Below, piece by piece: positions 10,297 through 22,505 of a stretch of DNA of 64,000 nt. Source of the stretch: Caecitellus pseudoparvulus (lineage: Eukaryota > Protista > Bigyra: Bicosoecida). The translations under genes and the position numbers were made by a program. Position 1 is the stretch's first letter. Every line of letters begins with the position of its first letter. The notes below the pieces were generated by a model. The model did not search any database. It saw only the letters and a list, made by a program, of their open reading frames with translations, and had not been told where the DNA came from. The stretch spans positions 1 through 64,000 of the forward strand of contig CBFFRQ010000076.1 in assembly GCA_965644315.1 (NCBI GenBank), read 5' to 3'.

Positions 10297-11850
10297 TCAC
10301 TGTGACGCACGACGGGAGGCAGCTTTGAGCTCCTCACGCAGGGCCGCTGAGGACTCGCGCTCCGCTGCCAGAGCGCTGGTGAGCTGTGCGTGCTGTGCCT
10401 GCAGCCCTTGCACCACTGCCATCAGCTGCTGCACGGTGGCGACGAGGCGCTCGGTCTGCTCCGTGGATGAGGGGGGGACAGGGGGGTGGCGGGCCGGGGG
10501 GGGAGCCGGAGGGGGGTGCGACGCCCCCCTGACCCCCCCTCGTGCCTGCACTTGGAGCACCTTCCTTGGGTGCTGGCGCCGCGGGGGGCTGCCCGGGCGA
10601 GCGGTGCGCAGGTGAGGGGGGGGGTTGCTGCCGCAGGGGGGAGGTGGCGGGCCCCTCCCCTGCACTGGCGCCACGCTGCAAGCGGCCACTGCCCCGCAGG
10701 TGGTCTGGCATGGACGGTGAGCCCGCCCCGCCCGAGGTGAAGCTGGCGCGGCGCCGACTGCGGCCTGTGCCGCCCATGGAGGAGGGCGTGCCCCCTGCAC
10801 TGGCGCCATCGCTGGTGACCGACCCACGGCTGTGCGGGGAGTCTGCGAAACCAGGCCCAGCGCCGCCAGCGCCCAGAGGCACGCCACCGCCCATGCCGGA
10901 GCCGACGGAGCTGAGGGATCCCGAGCGTGGCCCGCCGGTGCCGAAGGTGGAGGCGCGTCGGGAGGAGCGGTGGCGCGTGATGCCCTTGGCGTCCAGGACG
11001 GCCAGGCCTGCCTCGGCTGCCCGGAGAGGCGACATGACACCTTCTGCCGTGGACACGAGGTTGGTGCGCAGCTTGCGAGCCGCCTCTGCGATGACGGGCA
11101 GCTTGCTGCGGTCGGCCAGGGACAGCGGCACCGGCGTGCCGTCCACTTGCAGGAAGTCCTCGCCGAAGATGTCAGCGTAGAGGGGAATGAAGTGACCGTC
11201 CAACAGGAACTTGACCGACTCAGACAGGTTTCCGTCTTGAACTGGGTAGCGGACGGTGGCAATGTCCAGCACTCTGCACACAGGCGGCGTGGCGGCTCGT
11301 GCAGGCAGCGTGGCGGTGTGGCGCGGCAGGGTGCAGTGAAAGTGCGGAAGTTGAGGTTCGACCGCCCCCGGCACGCCTGCGACACGCTGGGCGCCCAGCC
11401 CACTCACGCTGACAGGAAGTGCTCGAATTTCAGCTCCCACGACTGCCCCGCCGAAAAGGCCAAGTTGTTGGCGAAGCACTGCCCCGCCACCGACAAGTCG
11501 AAGGCGCCTTGCAGCAGGCCAGGCATGCTCCGCACCATCTTCTCATACCCCTTCTTGGTCATGCCGTCCACGATCTTGCTGCGCAGGGGGCGAGCAGGGG
11601 ACAGTGTTGCTAGGCCGCTGCCCTGTGCTGTGGCCCACTTGGTGGGTGCAGGGCAAGCCCGCGGCCAGGGAAGCCCGCGCTGGCGGGGTGAGCGTTTCAC
11701 TCACCCGCTCTGATCACGACGCGTGTACAGCGTGTCGGAGAGCCCCTTCACCACGCGGGTGTCGCGGTGGTTGGCGAAGAGCAGGAAGACGTCCTGCAGC
11801 ATCTGCAAGGACATGCCTGAGCCGTCCAGCATCTGTGCGTTGCCTGCCAT
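10297..11850 (-). CDS. hypothetical protein with p25-alpha/TPPP-like N-terminal domain and C-terminal coiled coil (introns 11579-11704, 11274-11407; frame break near 10470-10560)
   Basis: Spliced reading LQDVFLLFA...MTKKGYEKMVR...ELKFEHFLSAVLDIATVRYP resembles p25-alpha; both introns have GTGAGT donors. Confidence 0.45.
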
Positions 11851-12103
11851 GTTGCCTCGCGAGTGTCGGGTGCTGCTGCCGCTGCAGTGAGAGCAGCGCT
11901 GTCCACAGAAGTTGCACCAGCGAAGCGAACACGTCACAGCGGGAGCCTGGTGTGCGCCGGACTCCAGGTGGACAGTGGCGTGCGTAAAGCGTGTATGGGA
12001 GGTGAATTACTCCTCTGTCGTGTTTGCTCCTGCGCCGTTCCGCCCCGGAAGCCCCCGCCACGCCGCGCCGTTGCGAAGTGCAACTCAGGGAGCAGACCCT
12101 GGC

Positions 12104-15100
12104 CTACGGCGCCTTGGAAGCGCTCGCGGCGCCTGCCTGGGCACTGGCGGGCGCACTGCCTTCGCCTGCTTGCTCCAGCAGTCGCCGCAAGCATGCCTGG
12201 GCCCTCACTGCTGCCCGAACGGTGGGCGGAGCATTGCCAGCGCCGTCTCCGCTCGGTACCACCCCGTGTGCAGCGCCACGCGAAGCTGACTGAGTGCTGG
12301 GCGCCGTCCCAGACGTCATGCCCCCCAGCGCTGCCATTTCCTGCGCTGCCATCACAGCACCTGCTGCGACTCGCAGGTACGCGCTGGTGCGGCGTGGCTT
12401 GGCGCCGGCCTTGGTTGACGCCAGCGCGCCAGGCATGGCGAGACGGGCGCCTTGCAGCAGGGCTCGCACGGCATCAGCACCGGCACTGGGCAAACGGGGG
12501 ATGTTCCCAGCAAAGGGTGCGTCAGGCGCATCGGCAGCTGGCGGGAGGGGAGCCAGCCCCGACGACACACGCCACAGCGGGGACAGGAAGTCTGCGAAGC
12601 TGCACTTGTCCTTGCTGGGCAGCGCCTCCCACATGGCCAGGCTGAAGTCCCCCGCGCCCTTGCCCAGCAGCAGCCACGTGATGAGGCAGGCCACCCCCAT
12701 CACGTCCCGCTCAGCTGCCCACTCATCTCGCGCCGGCAGCTCCTGGGAACCGGGTTGCAGGGGCGTCGAGGACTCCTCCTGCACTGCCCCTTGCCCGTCG
12801 AAAGAGACACGGCGGGCGGGCACCTGGCCCTCCGCATTGAAAGTGGTGGACCGCCACGCCTCGCCGCTGCTCTGGGCATGTGCAGCAAGGGAAGGCAGGG
12901 TGCTGACGCTGGCGCTGGGTCGGTGGCCGCCGCGCCCCCCCCACCGCAGCCCCGACTGCCGCGTCTGGCCTGCACCCCCGGGGGCGGTGCCTTGCCCGCC
13001 ACCTGTCTGGTGGGGAAGAGTTTCGCTGAAGCCTCCTGTGTCGGCATCCGCTGCCCCCCTCGCCAGTCCGGCCGTGTCTTGCTGTGAGCCTTGGGCGGGT
13101 GCCGCCGCCGACTTGCTGCCGCCGCTGAGGCCTCGACGACTGCCCTCCAACCAGAAGGACGGCGTGGAGGTGCTGTGCTGCAGCCTTGGAGGCCCCTTCT
13201 TGCCCTTTGCAGCCTGTGTAGCAGAGGGAATGACAACTGCACCTCGCCCAGTGGGCGTGCGCACGTGCCCCCGGCGCTGCGGACTGCCGGCGCGAGCTGG
13301 CACTTTTCCTGCACTGGGCAGCAGGCGCAAAGTCCGGGGCAGAGTGAGGCCTTTGTACAGGCGTGCTGCAGCCCGGCGGGACGCTTCATCGTCGGCCTCT
13401 GCATCCACCTGCACGGCCAGGCCAAAGTCAATGATGCGCACTTGCAACTCCACGCCCCTCGGCTGTGTCGCGTTGCTGGCTGTGACAATGACGTTTCCAC
13501 CGTGCAGGTCGCGGTGCGCGATGCTCTCACGGTGCATGTGGATGATGGCTTGCAGCAGGGAGTGTGCGATTTCCACGCGGTGTCGGAGGGAGAAGAACGC
13601 CGCCCCGCCAGCGTGCAGCAGCAGGTCGCGCAGGGTGACGCCGGGGGCCAGCTCCATGACGGCGTACACGCTCTGCGCCCGGCGCGTCAGCCCGTAGCAC
13701 GTGGTGATCAGGGGAGACGCTTGAATGGAGCGCAGCATGCGGATTTCGCGCTGCATGCTGGCCACCGGGTCCCCCCCCTCGCGCCCCGCCACACCCTCGT
13801 CCTCCGAGCTGGGCGGCGCCAACTCCTTCACTGCCACTGGCGTGCCGTGCCACAGCCCAGCCCACACAATGCCGTGGCTGCCTTGCCCCACGATGGCCTT
13901 CGTCGGAACACTTCCCGGAACAACGTCCTCCCCACCGCCGGCCGCGTCAGTCTCGCCCTCAGCCGGGTCGGCGTCTGCTGCCTCAACCTCCGGCTGCGGC
14001 GGCAGCGGCGCTGGACAGCTGTCCAGAGTGTACACACTGCCCGACCCCGATGCGCTCTGCACCTGACCACCACCCTGGTGAAACGTGTTGCCATGGTGGG
14101 GGGCTGCACCAGGGTGGTGGAACTGTGGGCCGGTGTGAGGTGAGGGGGCGCCCCACCCGCCTGGCAGGGCCATAGGGGGAGGCGCCCCCCACGGCGCCCC
14201 CATCCCCCCCCCCATGCCCCACATGCCGCCTCCCAGCGCTGCGAGAGCGCTTTGCATGAAGGCCGCGTTCTGGGCAGCGATGGCCTGCACCGCCGCCATG
14301 GCCGCTGCTTGGGCTGCTGCCGCCTGTTGCTGCTGCGCCGCTTGCTGGTGCGCCAGCAACTGTGCGTTGCCGGCACGCCATGGGGTGGACAGCGCCGGCT
14401 GAGGGGTCATTGCCCCATGCGCACTGGGCAGGCCCAGCGCTGGCCGGGTGCTTGGCGAGGGGGCTGCCCCAGTCGGCTGCCAGGATGAGGTTGAAGCGGG
14501 TGTGCCGAGCGGAGGGGGGTGTCGGGGGGGGTGCCGCGGGACAGTCACTTTGGGCCTGTCCATGCTGGGTGGGGCGGCCTGAGGCACATCGTCGTAGTCA
14601 TCTGCGAAGGCAGGGGGAAGGGGTGTGGCACCCCCCCCTCCACCCCCCTCCTCCTCCTCCTCCTCACACGCAGTGCAGTAGGAAGACTCCATCCATGGGC
14701 TGGCTGTGTGGGCAGCGCGCCCTTCCTCTGCACTTGCAGCAGTGTCAGCGTCCACCACGCTGCTGCCTTGCCCTGGCTGCCACTGCAGTGTGGCGTACCG
14801 CTCGGGCATGCGCAGGGCTGGCGGTGGCGCAGACAGCCCTGCGGTCCCCGCCGTCACTTCTGACACCTGCGGGGCAATGTGCCGCAGGGCACGCGGCCAC
14901 CCTGCTCCCAGCTTCAAGTACAGCGCTTGCAGCAGCTTCACGAGGTCGGACCCCGTCGCTTGCTGCACTGTGTCCCACTGGACACCGTCCGAGCTGCCGC
15001 GACCGCCGTGCCACTGCGCACCGCCCCCACCACCGCCCCCACCTTCTAGCATGGCCACCCACTCGCACGAGGCAGGGTGCAGGTCTGCAAAGGACACCTC

Positions 15101-16999
15101 CTGCCCCAGGGGCATGGTGATCAGGCGCAGGGTGGCATCCCCTGCGACATCAGAGGGGGTGTGCCCTGCGGAGTCACGCACGCCCAGGTCGGCGCCGGCA
15201 TCCACCAGCAGCGTCGCGACGTCGTGTCGAGAGAGACTGGCCGCCCAGTGCAGGGCAGTCCAGCCGTCCGAGGTGTCCATGCTGCGGGCCGTGTCCACTG
15301 CCGCGCCGCGCTCAATTAGCAGGCGCACGATGTCCGTGGAGCAATTCACCACTGCCGCCATCAGCACCGTGCCGCGAGTCTTGGTGTCTGCGTCGTTCAC
15401 GTCGGCGCCGGCGTCAAGCAGTGTCTCCACCAGGGCTGTCTCAGTCTCCCGAGTCGCGCCGGCAGTTGCGAACATCAGCGGAGTCGCGCCGTTCACATCC
15501 TCCACGTTCACCGCCTCTGCGATGGCGTCGTCCGCCGCCGCTTGAGCCAAGGCAGTCAGCTCCTGTGCCCCCGCAGCCCCTGCACTGGCCTTTGCAGCAG
15601 CCACCGCCTTGTCTGCTGCACGCTCTCCGATGACGCGCAGCAGCACCTGCACTGCTGCCGTGCTACCCGCTCGCGCTGCGAGGTGCAGTGCCGTCACGCC
15701 CTTCACGTTGGCAGTGGCTGTGTCTGCACCGAGGCCCAGCAGCACAGTCACTGCCGCCACGTGGCCACCCTTGGCCGCCCGCATGAGGGGGCTGCCCCAC
15801 GTGGGGCCGCCAGCCCGTGCCATGAGCGCGCTCGCATTCACAGGCACGCGGTGGGTGGTGGCCAGGTACTCCACGATGTGCGCGTGCCCTTTCTCCGCCG
15901 CCACATCCATGAGAGTCTTGGGCAGGCGTTCAGAGTCCCCTGGCTCACGGGCCAGGCGCACATGCACATCCGCCCGCGCCGCCACCAGCGCTTTCACCAC
16001 CTCCAAATTGCCCACCAACACCGCCGCCCCCAGGGGCACCGCAGCGGTGAGGGCTCGCAGCCCACGGTCACGCCGCTGCACGTTGGGGTCTGCCCCCGCC
16101 TCCAACAGCAGGCGCACCATGTCTGCGTTGCCCACGCCCATACTGCGCGCCGCTCGAAGGAGGGGCGTGCCGTGCTTGCGGCTGTTGTAGTTCACGTCGG
16201 CGCCCGCCTGCACCAGCAGCCCAGCCAAGTCCAGGAAGCCCCGCTCAGCTGCCAGCAGGACAGGCGTGCGGCCGTACTTGTCCGGTTTGTCCAGTTCGCA
16301 GTCCCCCCCCTTCACCAGGTGCCGCACCACTTCCACGTGCCCGTACTTGCAAGCCAGCACGCAGGGCGAACTGCGAGACACCGTGTTGGCAACGTTCACA
16401 GACGCGCCGTGCTGCAGCAGCTCCTGCACGACATCAGCGTGGCCGTTCCGCGCCGCCACGTGCAGGGGGTTCCACCCCTGCTCCATGTGCATGCTGTCCA
16501 CATCCTCCGGCGTGACGGCACTGCGGTCGAGCGTCAGCTCCACAGCGGTCACGGCCGCACTGGCCGACGGCGCCTCCAGCCCCTCCACGGCCCTGCGCAG
16601 GGCTGCAATGGCTTGCAGCAGCCGGGACACGTACTGTACCTTCCCCATCGTGCACGCTTCGTGCAGAGCTCCCTGCGCGAGCGCCGCTCGGTGCTGCAGC
16701 TCCGCCCGGTCCAGCGGCACGTCCGCCGCCAGCAGCGCCTCAGGCGTCACGTGGCCGAAGTGCAGGCCAGAGCCGTCGGCGACATCCTCACTGGCAGTGT
16801 TGGGCACCGGTAGCGGGGTGCCCCTGCTGAATGCACGCTGCAGGGGGGCGGGGCTGGGCGGAGCGGGAGCAGCATCGCCTGGGGCGCTTGAGGCTCCCAG
16901 GCTGCTGTGTGCCGGCTGTGGGGCCCCTGCATCACCTGCTGCAGAGACAGCACTGCGCAAGCTGTCGGCGAACTTTCCAGGTGTGCCGCTTGTGGCCAT
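12104..16999 (-). CDS. ankyrin-repeat protein kinase (TKL-like) with degenerate C-lobe
   Basis: About 10 ankyrin repeats (GWNPLHVAARNGH, GRTPVLLAA, GVTALHLAA, GWTALHWAA); kinase motifs GQGSHGIV, VAVK, HRDLHGGN, DFG. Confidence 0.85.
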   Translation of the reverse strand: MATSGTPGKFADSLRSAVSAAGDAGAPQPAHSSLGASSAPGDAAPAPPSPAPLQRAFSRGTPLPVPNTASEDVADGSGLHFGHVTPEALLAADVPLDRAELQHRAALAQGALHEACTMGKVQYVSRLLQAIAALRRAVEGLEAPSASAAVTAVELTLDRSAVTPEDVDSMHMEQGWNPLHVAARNGHADVVQELLQHGASVNVANTVSRSSPCVLACKYGHVEVVRHLVKGGDCELDKPDKYGRTPVLLAAERGFLDLAGLLVQAGADVNYNSRKHGTPLLRAARSMGVGNADMVRLLLEAGADPNVQRRDRGLRALTAAVPLGAAVLVGNLEVVKALVAARADVHVRLAREPGDSERLPKTLMDVAAEKGHAHIVEYLATTHRVPVNASALMARAGGPTWGSPLMRAAKGGHVAAVTVLLGLGADTATANVKGVTALHLAARAGSTAAVQVLLRVIGERAADKAVAAAKASAGAAGAQELTALAQAAADDAIAEAVNVEDVNGATPLMFATAGATRETETALVETLLDAGADVNDADTKTRGTVLMAAVVNCSTDIVRLLIERGAAVDTARSMDTSDGWTALHWAASLSRHDVATLLVDAGADLGVRDSAGHTPSDVAGDATLRLITMPLGQEVSFADLHPASCEWVAMLEGGGGGGGGAQWHGGRGSSDGVQWDTVQQATGSDLVKLLQALYLKLGAGWPRALRHIAPQVSEVTAGTAGLSAPPPALRMPERYATLQWQPGQGSSVVDADTAASAEEGRAAHTASPWMESSYCTACEEEEEEGGGGGGATPLPPAFADDYDDVPQAAPPSMDRPKVTVPRHPPRHPPPLGTPASTSSWQPTGAAPSPSTRPALGLPSAHGAMTPQPALSTPWRAGNAQLLAHQQAAQQQQAAAAQAAAMAAVQAIAAQNAAFMQSALAALGGGMWGMGGGMGAPWGAPPPMALPGGWGAPSPHTGPQFHHPGAAPHHGNTFHQGGGQVQSASGSGSVYTLDSCPAPLPPQPEVEAADADPAEGETDAAGGGEDVVPGSVPTKAIVGQGSHGIVWAGLWHGTPVAVKELAPPSSEDEGVAGREGGDPVASMQREIRMLRSIQASPLITTCYGLTRRAQSVYAVMELAPGVTLRDLLLHAGGAAFFSLRHRVEIAHSLLQAIIHMHRESIAHRDLHGGNVIVTASNATQPRGVELQVRIIDFGLAVQVDAEADDEASRRAAARLYKGLTLPRTLRLLPSAGKVPARAGSPQRRGHVRTPTGRGAVVIPSATQAAKGKKGPPRLQHSTSTPSFWLEGSRRGLSGGSKSAAAPAQGSQQDTAGLARGAADADTGGFSETLPHQTGGGQGTAPGGAGQTRQSGLRWGGRGGHRPSASVSTLPSLAAHAQSSGEAWRSTTFNAEGQVPARRVSFDGQGAVQEESSTPLQPGSQELPARDEWAAERDVMGVACLITWLLLGKGAGDFSLAMWEALPSKDKCSFADFLSPLWRVSSGLAPLPPAADAPDAPFAGNIPRLPSAGADAVRALLQGARLAMPGALASTKAGAKPRRTSAYLRVAAGAVMAAQEMAALGGMTSGTAPSTQSASRGAAHGVVPSGDGAGNAPPTVRAAVRAQACLRRLLEQAGEGSAPASAQAGAASASKAP

Positions 17000-17336
17000 T
17001 GCACCTGGTGAGAGCAGGAGGCGGCGCCACACGGCCACGTGCGGCACGTCGCAGCGACGAACGAGAGCTGGTCCGGGCTCGGCGTGAACAGCGCTCCCCG
17101 GCCAATCCTTGTCAAGATTGAACAGCTAATTCAGTCGCTCTATCAAGTAAGCGCGTCCTGCAGTGTGCGATGGTTCCGTGGTTTCTTGGAAAGTGCCACC
17201 GCCGCGGCGGCGCGTGGTAGCGCCTGCACTGGTTTGCACGCCCACCTGCAGAAACCGCTGGTGCCGCGCAGGCAGGCAGGCAGACAGGCCCACTCCATGG
17301 CCCCACGCCAAGCAGTGCATTAAGATGCCTGGACCT

Positions 17337-18306
17337 TCAATCCAGCTTGCGCACAGCAGCCATGCCCTTGTGCAGGGCGGCATTGCAGAGGCCGGCGACG
17401 CTGAAGACACCCCCCACGATGGCGAAGAGCGACGTGATGAACTGCATGGTGCTCTTCTTGGTCTGCTGCTTCCAGACAATGACGGGGGAAATGTCGTAGT
17501 GGAAGAAGACGCCTGGCTGCACCAAGTTGGGGTTGTCCCCCGTCAGTGAGCTGAGGAACTGTGTCACGCTGTACTCCTCACTCTCAATGCCCTCCCCCTC
17601 CCCAGCGCCCAGCGGCACGTACATCGTCGGGATGACTTTCATGTGGTACTGCCACTGCGCCCCCGCCTCGAACACCACCGCCACATTGTCGTTCAGGGGG
17701 CTGCCCTTCCCAGGGAAGGTGGGTCCAAACAGGAAGCTGTTGATGCGGTGGGAGGCGTTGAACTGCGTCAGCTCGCCGAAGTTCAGGATGACGGCTGGGC
17801 CACTCGGCGGCTTCAGCAGCTGCTTCAAAGTGAAGTACACCGACCCAGGCACCATGCGCACATCCATCGTGCCAGCCACGCGGCACCCCGGCAACTTGCT
17901 GTCCCCCTCCTCGTGCTCCCACTCCGTGAACGTCAAGTGCTGGGCATCCAGGGGGTAAGGTGTACCCTTGCTATCCTTCGAAGCCAAGCCAAGCTCTGCA
18001 CACAGGCACGGGGGTTGCGCTGACCGTCAGCGCTTGGATCGAAACGTTTCGCCAGCGTTACGCACCGCTGCACCCCAAGTGGAAAAATGATATGTCCAGC
18101 GCAATACTGAGGTTTCGCTCCCCAGGCCTCGTGTCTATCTTAACGTGGTGCTCTGTGATGACTTCCTGGAAGTACATGAACTCTGAAATCGCCAGGAACG
18201 CCGTCACCACCAAGGAAACCAGCGTGATGATGGCACCAGCGCTGGTGTGGGAGATGACGTGCTCCCCTCGACCCTTCAGGAACGCGTCAAAGCCGGAAAG
18301 CTTCAT
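17337..18306 (-). CDS. ERGIC/Erv41-Erv46 family COPII vesicle protein; intron 17996-18065
   Basis: FDAF..GAIITLVS N-terminal TM; GCRVAGTMDVRMVPG; NASHRIN; PGVFFHYDISPV; LFAIVGGVF TM; RKLD end. Confidence 0.9.
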
Positions 18307-18818
18307 GGCAATAACTACACTTCAAAGACAGCCTGGCCTCATGCGACTCAGCCCGAGGCGCGTCGGTGCGGGTGCAGATCCCACGCACGCGCCTGAAGCA
18401 GATCGAGCTGGCGCTCACAGCCCAACGCCCTCGCGTGTCCGCCGAAGTGCACAGGCTGAGCGATCCTTGCAGGAGTGCTGTGACGGATGTGTGTGGGGAG
18501 CTGCATGCAGTTGGCGTTCTTAGGGTGTTTTTTGTGCAATTCTGGGTGCTGTGGTGCTGCAATATGGTCTATTTCATCGGCGGGGAGCACGGGCGTCAAG
18601 TTGGGCTCAATGTACGCAGTGGTAGTCTTTTGGGAAAGCTCCAGATTACAAACACTTTCTACCCCTCAGCCTTGCGCAGTGACCATTGACACATAAAGCT
18701 CTCCCAATTTGCATGAATCTTGCATTGCTCGCGGTACCTTCGGTACCGGCAAACACTTCCTACACCGCAGGCCCAAGCCTCCAAGTCACAGTGGGGCACT
18801 GGCTTGGCCCGCCCGTAC

Positions 18819-19905
18819 TTACTCTTGCTTGGCAGAGGCCGAGCCCACGTCACCCCTGCACACTGACAGGCAGGACTGGGGCGTGGGGCACAGCATGGGC
18901 ACTCGCCGCATGTAGGCAGCGTAGGCGTTGCCTCGCCGCCTGAGCTGGCGTGCTTCCATGAGAGGGATGCTGACCCCCACGAACAGCGCCAGCATGAGCA
19001 CAGCCCCCACACTGGAGGCAGCTGCGCAAGGCCCAGCCGCCCCCAGCGCAAAGGCAGCCAGACCCACCCACAGCAGGATCTCACCCAGGTAGCTGCATGG
19101 AGGGGGGGGGGGTGAGTGCAGCACGGCATGCAAGCTGGCCGCTGCGATTGCCAGCGAGGTGGACGCACTTGGGGTGGCGTGACAGCCCCCACAGGCCAGA
19201 GTCACACACAGGGGGCGTCTTGGGCGAGGCCAGGAAGCGGTCCATGTGTGCGTCCGCCACCGTCTCCAGGCCGATGCAGGCGACGAGGCAGAGCGCACCC
19301 AGCGTGTCCCACGCGCCCCAGGCAGCGTGTGCAGAGGGCGCCGCCAGGGCATACCACAGCGGCAGGCAGCCGATGTAAGTGAGGAGGGTGGGGAAGAGGT
19401 GGAAGCCGCCTAGTGAGAAGACGAGCCAGTAGATGACGCCGCCACCCCACTGGCGCTTGAAGTCAAGGTAGCGCCAGTCTTCCTCTGCAGTGTTGCCGGC
19501 GAGCCAGTGCTTGGCCACGCGCCCCCACCAGTTGAAGGTGAGGCGGCCCGCCCACACCAGCACGCCGACAAGCACTGCTGCCTGGCGCAGGGAGGGGCTC
19601 AGCTCAGACGACGCAGCACTCCCGATCCAAGCAAGGTACAGGGCCATGATGGGCGGCATGACGGACCAGTAGGGGTCGTAAGCGCTGCCTGAGGGTGCAG
19701 GGCAAGTGAAGTGCTTCTGCGCAGTTTCGGCTGCGTTTCGCTTCGCCTCACTGTTGTTGATGGCCACCGAAACGAGCCATGTGGCCAGCGTCGCAGCGAG
19801 GTCCACGACCAGCGCCCACCCCAGTGGATGCTGCATGTCTGTGACATGTCGCAGCAGCTGCGCGGCCTCCGCAGCCACGCATGTGGACAGCCCGTGCAGC
19901 TCCAT
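18819..19905 (-). CDS. DUF1295 / steroid 5-alpha-reductase-like membrane protein; introns 19689-19751, 19093-19168 (start 19905 or 19836)
   Basis: YDPYWS, WAGRLT, EDWRY, ETVADAHM and GLWGLSRHPNYLGE motifs after splicing. Confidence 0.88.
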
Positions 19906-20124
19906 GCCTTGCAGGCAGCTCCACGTCAGTGTCGCACGGTGGGTGGCCGGCTTCCCGGGCAGGCGGCAGAAGCCTGCGGATAGCACTTTGCCCGCTCGCG
20001 CCAGACCTTGCTGCACACACCTACGCTCTTCGAGCTCAGGTTTTGTCGCCGTTCCCGCGTTGCCCGCTGCCCGCCCGAGTCGTCAGGGCGTGTTCACCAA
20101 CTTGCTTGCAGCCGCTCACACAGC

Positions 20125-22408
20125 ATGTTCGACAAGATCCTCATCGCCAACCGCGGCGAGATCGCCTGCCGAGTCATCCGCACCGCGCGGCAACTTGGCG
20201 TGAAGACTGTGGCAGTGTACTCAGATGCTGACCGCAACGCCATGCACGTGCACCACGTAAGCACGCGTCGTGGCGGGCTGCAGGTGCAGTGCACTTGCAA
20301 CCGTATCACCGTGCCGCTTCCCCCGCAGGCTGACGAGGCGGTGCACATCGGCCCCTCTGCTGCAGCAGAGAGTTACTTGAAGGGGGACATCATTCTGGAC
20401 GTCGCATCCAGCCGTGGCGCGCAGGTCAGTGGTGGTGTGACGTGTTGCCAGGCACCCGCACCACCCGCCTTGCACGCTCCTTGCCCGTGCTGCTTCCGTC
20501 GCGCAGGCCATCCACCCAGGCTACGGCTTCCTGTCTGAGACGGCGTCCTTCTGCCGGGCATGTGCTGACGCAGGGGTGAAGTTCATCGGCCCCCCCGTCA
20601 AGGCCATCGAAGCCATGGGCAGCAAGAGCGCCAGCAAGGACATCATGATTGCCGCTGGCGTGCCGTGCACGCCCGGGTACCACGGTGCCGAGCAGGATGC
20701 GGCCTTTCTGCAGGCGCAGGCGGCCGAGATGGGCTACCCCGTCATGATCAAGGCTGTCCTGGGCGGCGGCGGCAAGGGCATGCGCATCGTCATGAGCGAG
20801 AAGGAGTTCCTGCCGGCGCTGGAGGCATGTCGGCGCGAGGCAGCGGCCTCCTTTGGGGACGACCGGGTGCTGCTGGAGCGGTACCTGACCAAGCCGCGCC
20901 ACATCGAGGTGCAGGTGTTCGCTGACGCACACGGGCACGTGGGGCACTTCTACGAGCGTGACTGCTCCGTGCAGCGCCGGCACCAGAAGGTGCTGGAGGA
21001 GGCACCCGCACCAGGCATGACGGAGGGGCTGCGGGAGCGTATTACGGGGGCCGCCGTCGCCGCCGCCCGCGCCGTGGGGTACGAGGGCGCCGGCACGGTG
21101 GAGTTCATGCTGGATGAAGACGTGGCGCCGGGGGCATCGCCCGATGACAAGGACTTCTTCTTCATGGAGATGAACACGCGCCTGCAGGTGGAACACCCCG
21201 TCACGGAGCTGATCACGGGGGTGGACCTGGTGGAGCTGCAGCTGCGCGCCGCAGCTGGCGAGGCCATGCCTTTCCTGGAGGAGACGGGGCGCCCCATCCA
21301 CGGGCACGCCATCGAGGCCCGCGTGTACGCTGAGAACCCCATGGCCAACTTCCTGCCTGCGACGGGCAAGCTGCAGCAGCTGGCGCCGCCGACACACCTG
21401 CCTGGCGTGCGTGTGGACACGGGTGTGCGCACGGGGGACGAGGTGAGCATTTTCTACGACCCCATGATCAGCAAGCTCATCGTGCACGGGTCGGACCGCA
21501 AGCAGGCTCTGCTGCGCATGGAGGCTGCCTTGGCGGAGTACCAGATCGTGGGCCTGCCCAACAACCTCTCCTTCCTGGCCAAGTGCGTGAAGCACCCCGA
21601 GTTCGCCAAGGGCGGCGTGGACACCTCCTTCTTGGGCAAGTACCTGCAGGATGTGCTGCCCCACCCCACCCCCGTCCCGCCAGCCGCCGCTGCGGTGGCA
21701 GCTGCCTTGAAGGTGGTTAGCCAGGTGCACGCGGGTGTGGACCGTCTGGCGGGGGAGGCCGTCTCTCCTTGGGATGTCTCTGACAGCAGCCGCCCCATGG
21801 GCGCCCTGGGCAAGGCCGTCACGTTCCTGGACCTGGCTGTGGAAGAGGGCGCCGAACCTGCTCCCGTGGAAGTGGCACTGACCTCTGCACAGGGCGGTGG
21901 CGCACGCGGCGGATCAGGGCACTATGCCGACGTCCCGGCCGGACAGAAGCCCGCCTACACTGCCACTGTCGGCGACGCCACCTTCAACATCGAGGTGCAG
22001 TCCATGGAGGATGATGGCTCCTTCGCCGTGGTGGTGGACGGCACGTCCATGCGGGGCACGCTGGTGACGACGCCTGAGGCCGTCGTCATGTACGTGCCCG
22101 TGGGCGTGGGTGAGGCTGGTGTGACGCAGGTGACACTGGGCCTGCCGCAGCCCGACCTGGGTGTGGCGGGTGCGGGCTCCGGCGCGCCCACCGTCGTCAC
22201 GCCTATGCCTGGCAAGATCATCAAGGTGCTCGCCAAGGAGGGCGAGGCCGTCAAGTCGGGGCAGCCGGTGGTGATCCTGGAGGCCATGAAGATGGAACAC
22301 GTCATCAACGCCCCCATCGACGGCACCGTCGCCTCCATCCGCTTCGCAGAGGGAGAGCAGGTGGGCTCAGGCGATGTCCTGGCTGAGTTCGCGGCGGCTG
22401 ACGCGTGA
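20125..22408 (+). CDS. MCCC1: 3-methylcrotonyl-CoA carboxylase alpha subunit (biotin carboxylase + BCCP); introns 20257-20328, 20425-20506; probable upstream presequence exon
   Basis: [62 protein letters not shown], biotin site EAMKME; SKSASKDIM and PGYHG are typical of MCC alpha. Confidence 0.9.
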
Positions 22409-22505
22409 TGACCCCAAGCTGCAATGCAGGCGCACTACTCGTGCACCTCACGCTCTGCGCACAAGTGAGCGGTGCCAAGACGGCCACCCTGCGTGCATTG
22501 CAACA

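Noticed and set aside
10460-10630. Programmed frameshift in the p25-alpha-like gene
   Set aside because: The frame break lies among G/C homopolymer runs, so a sequencing indel or small intron is more likely
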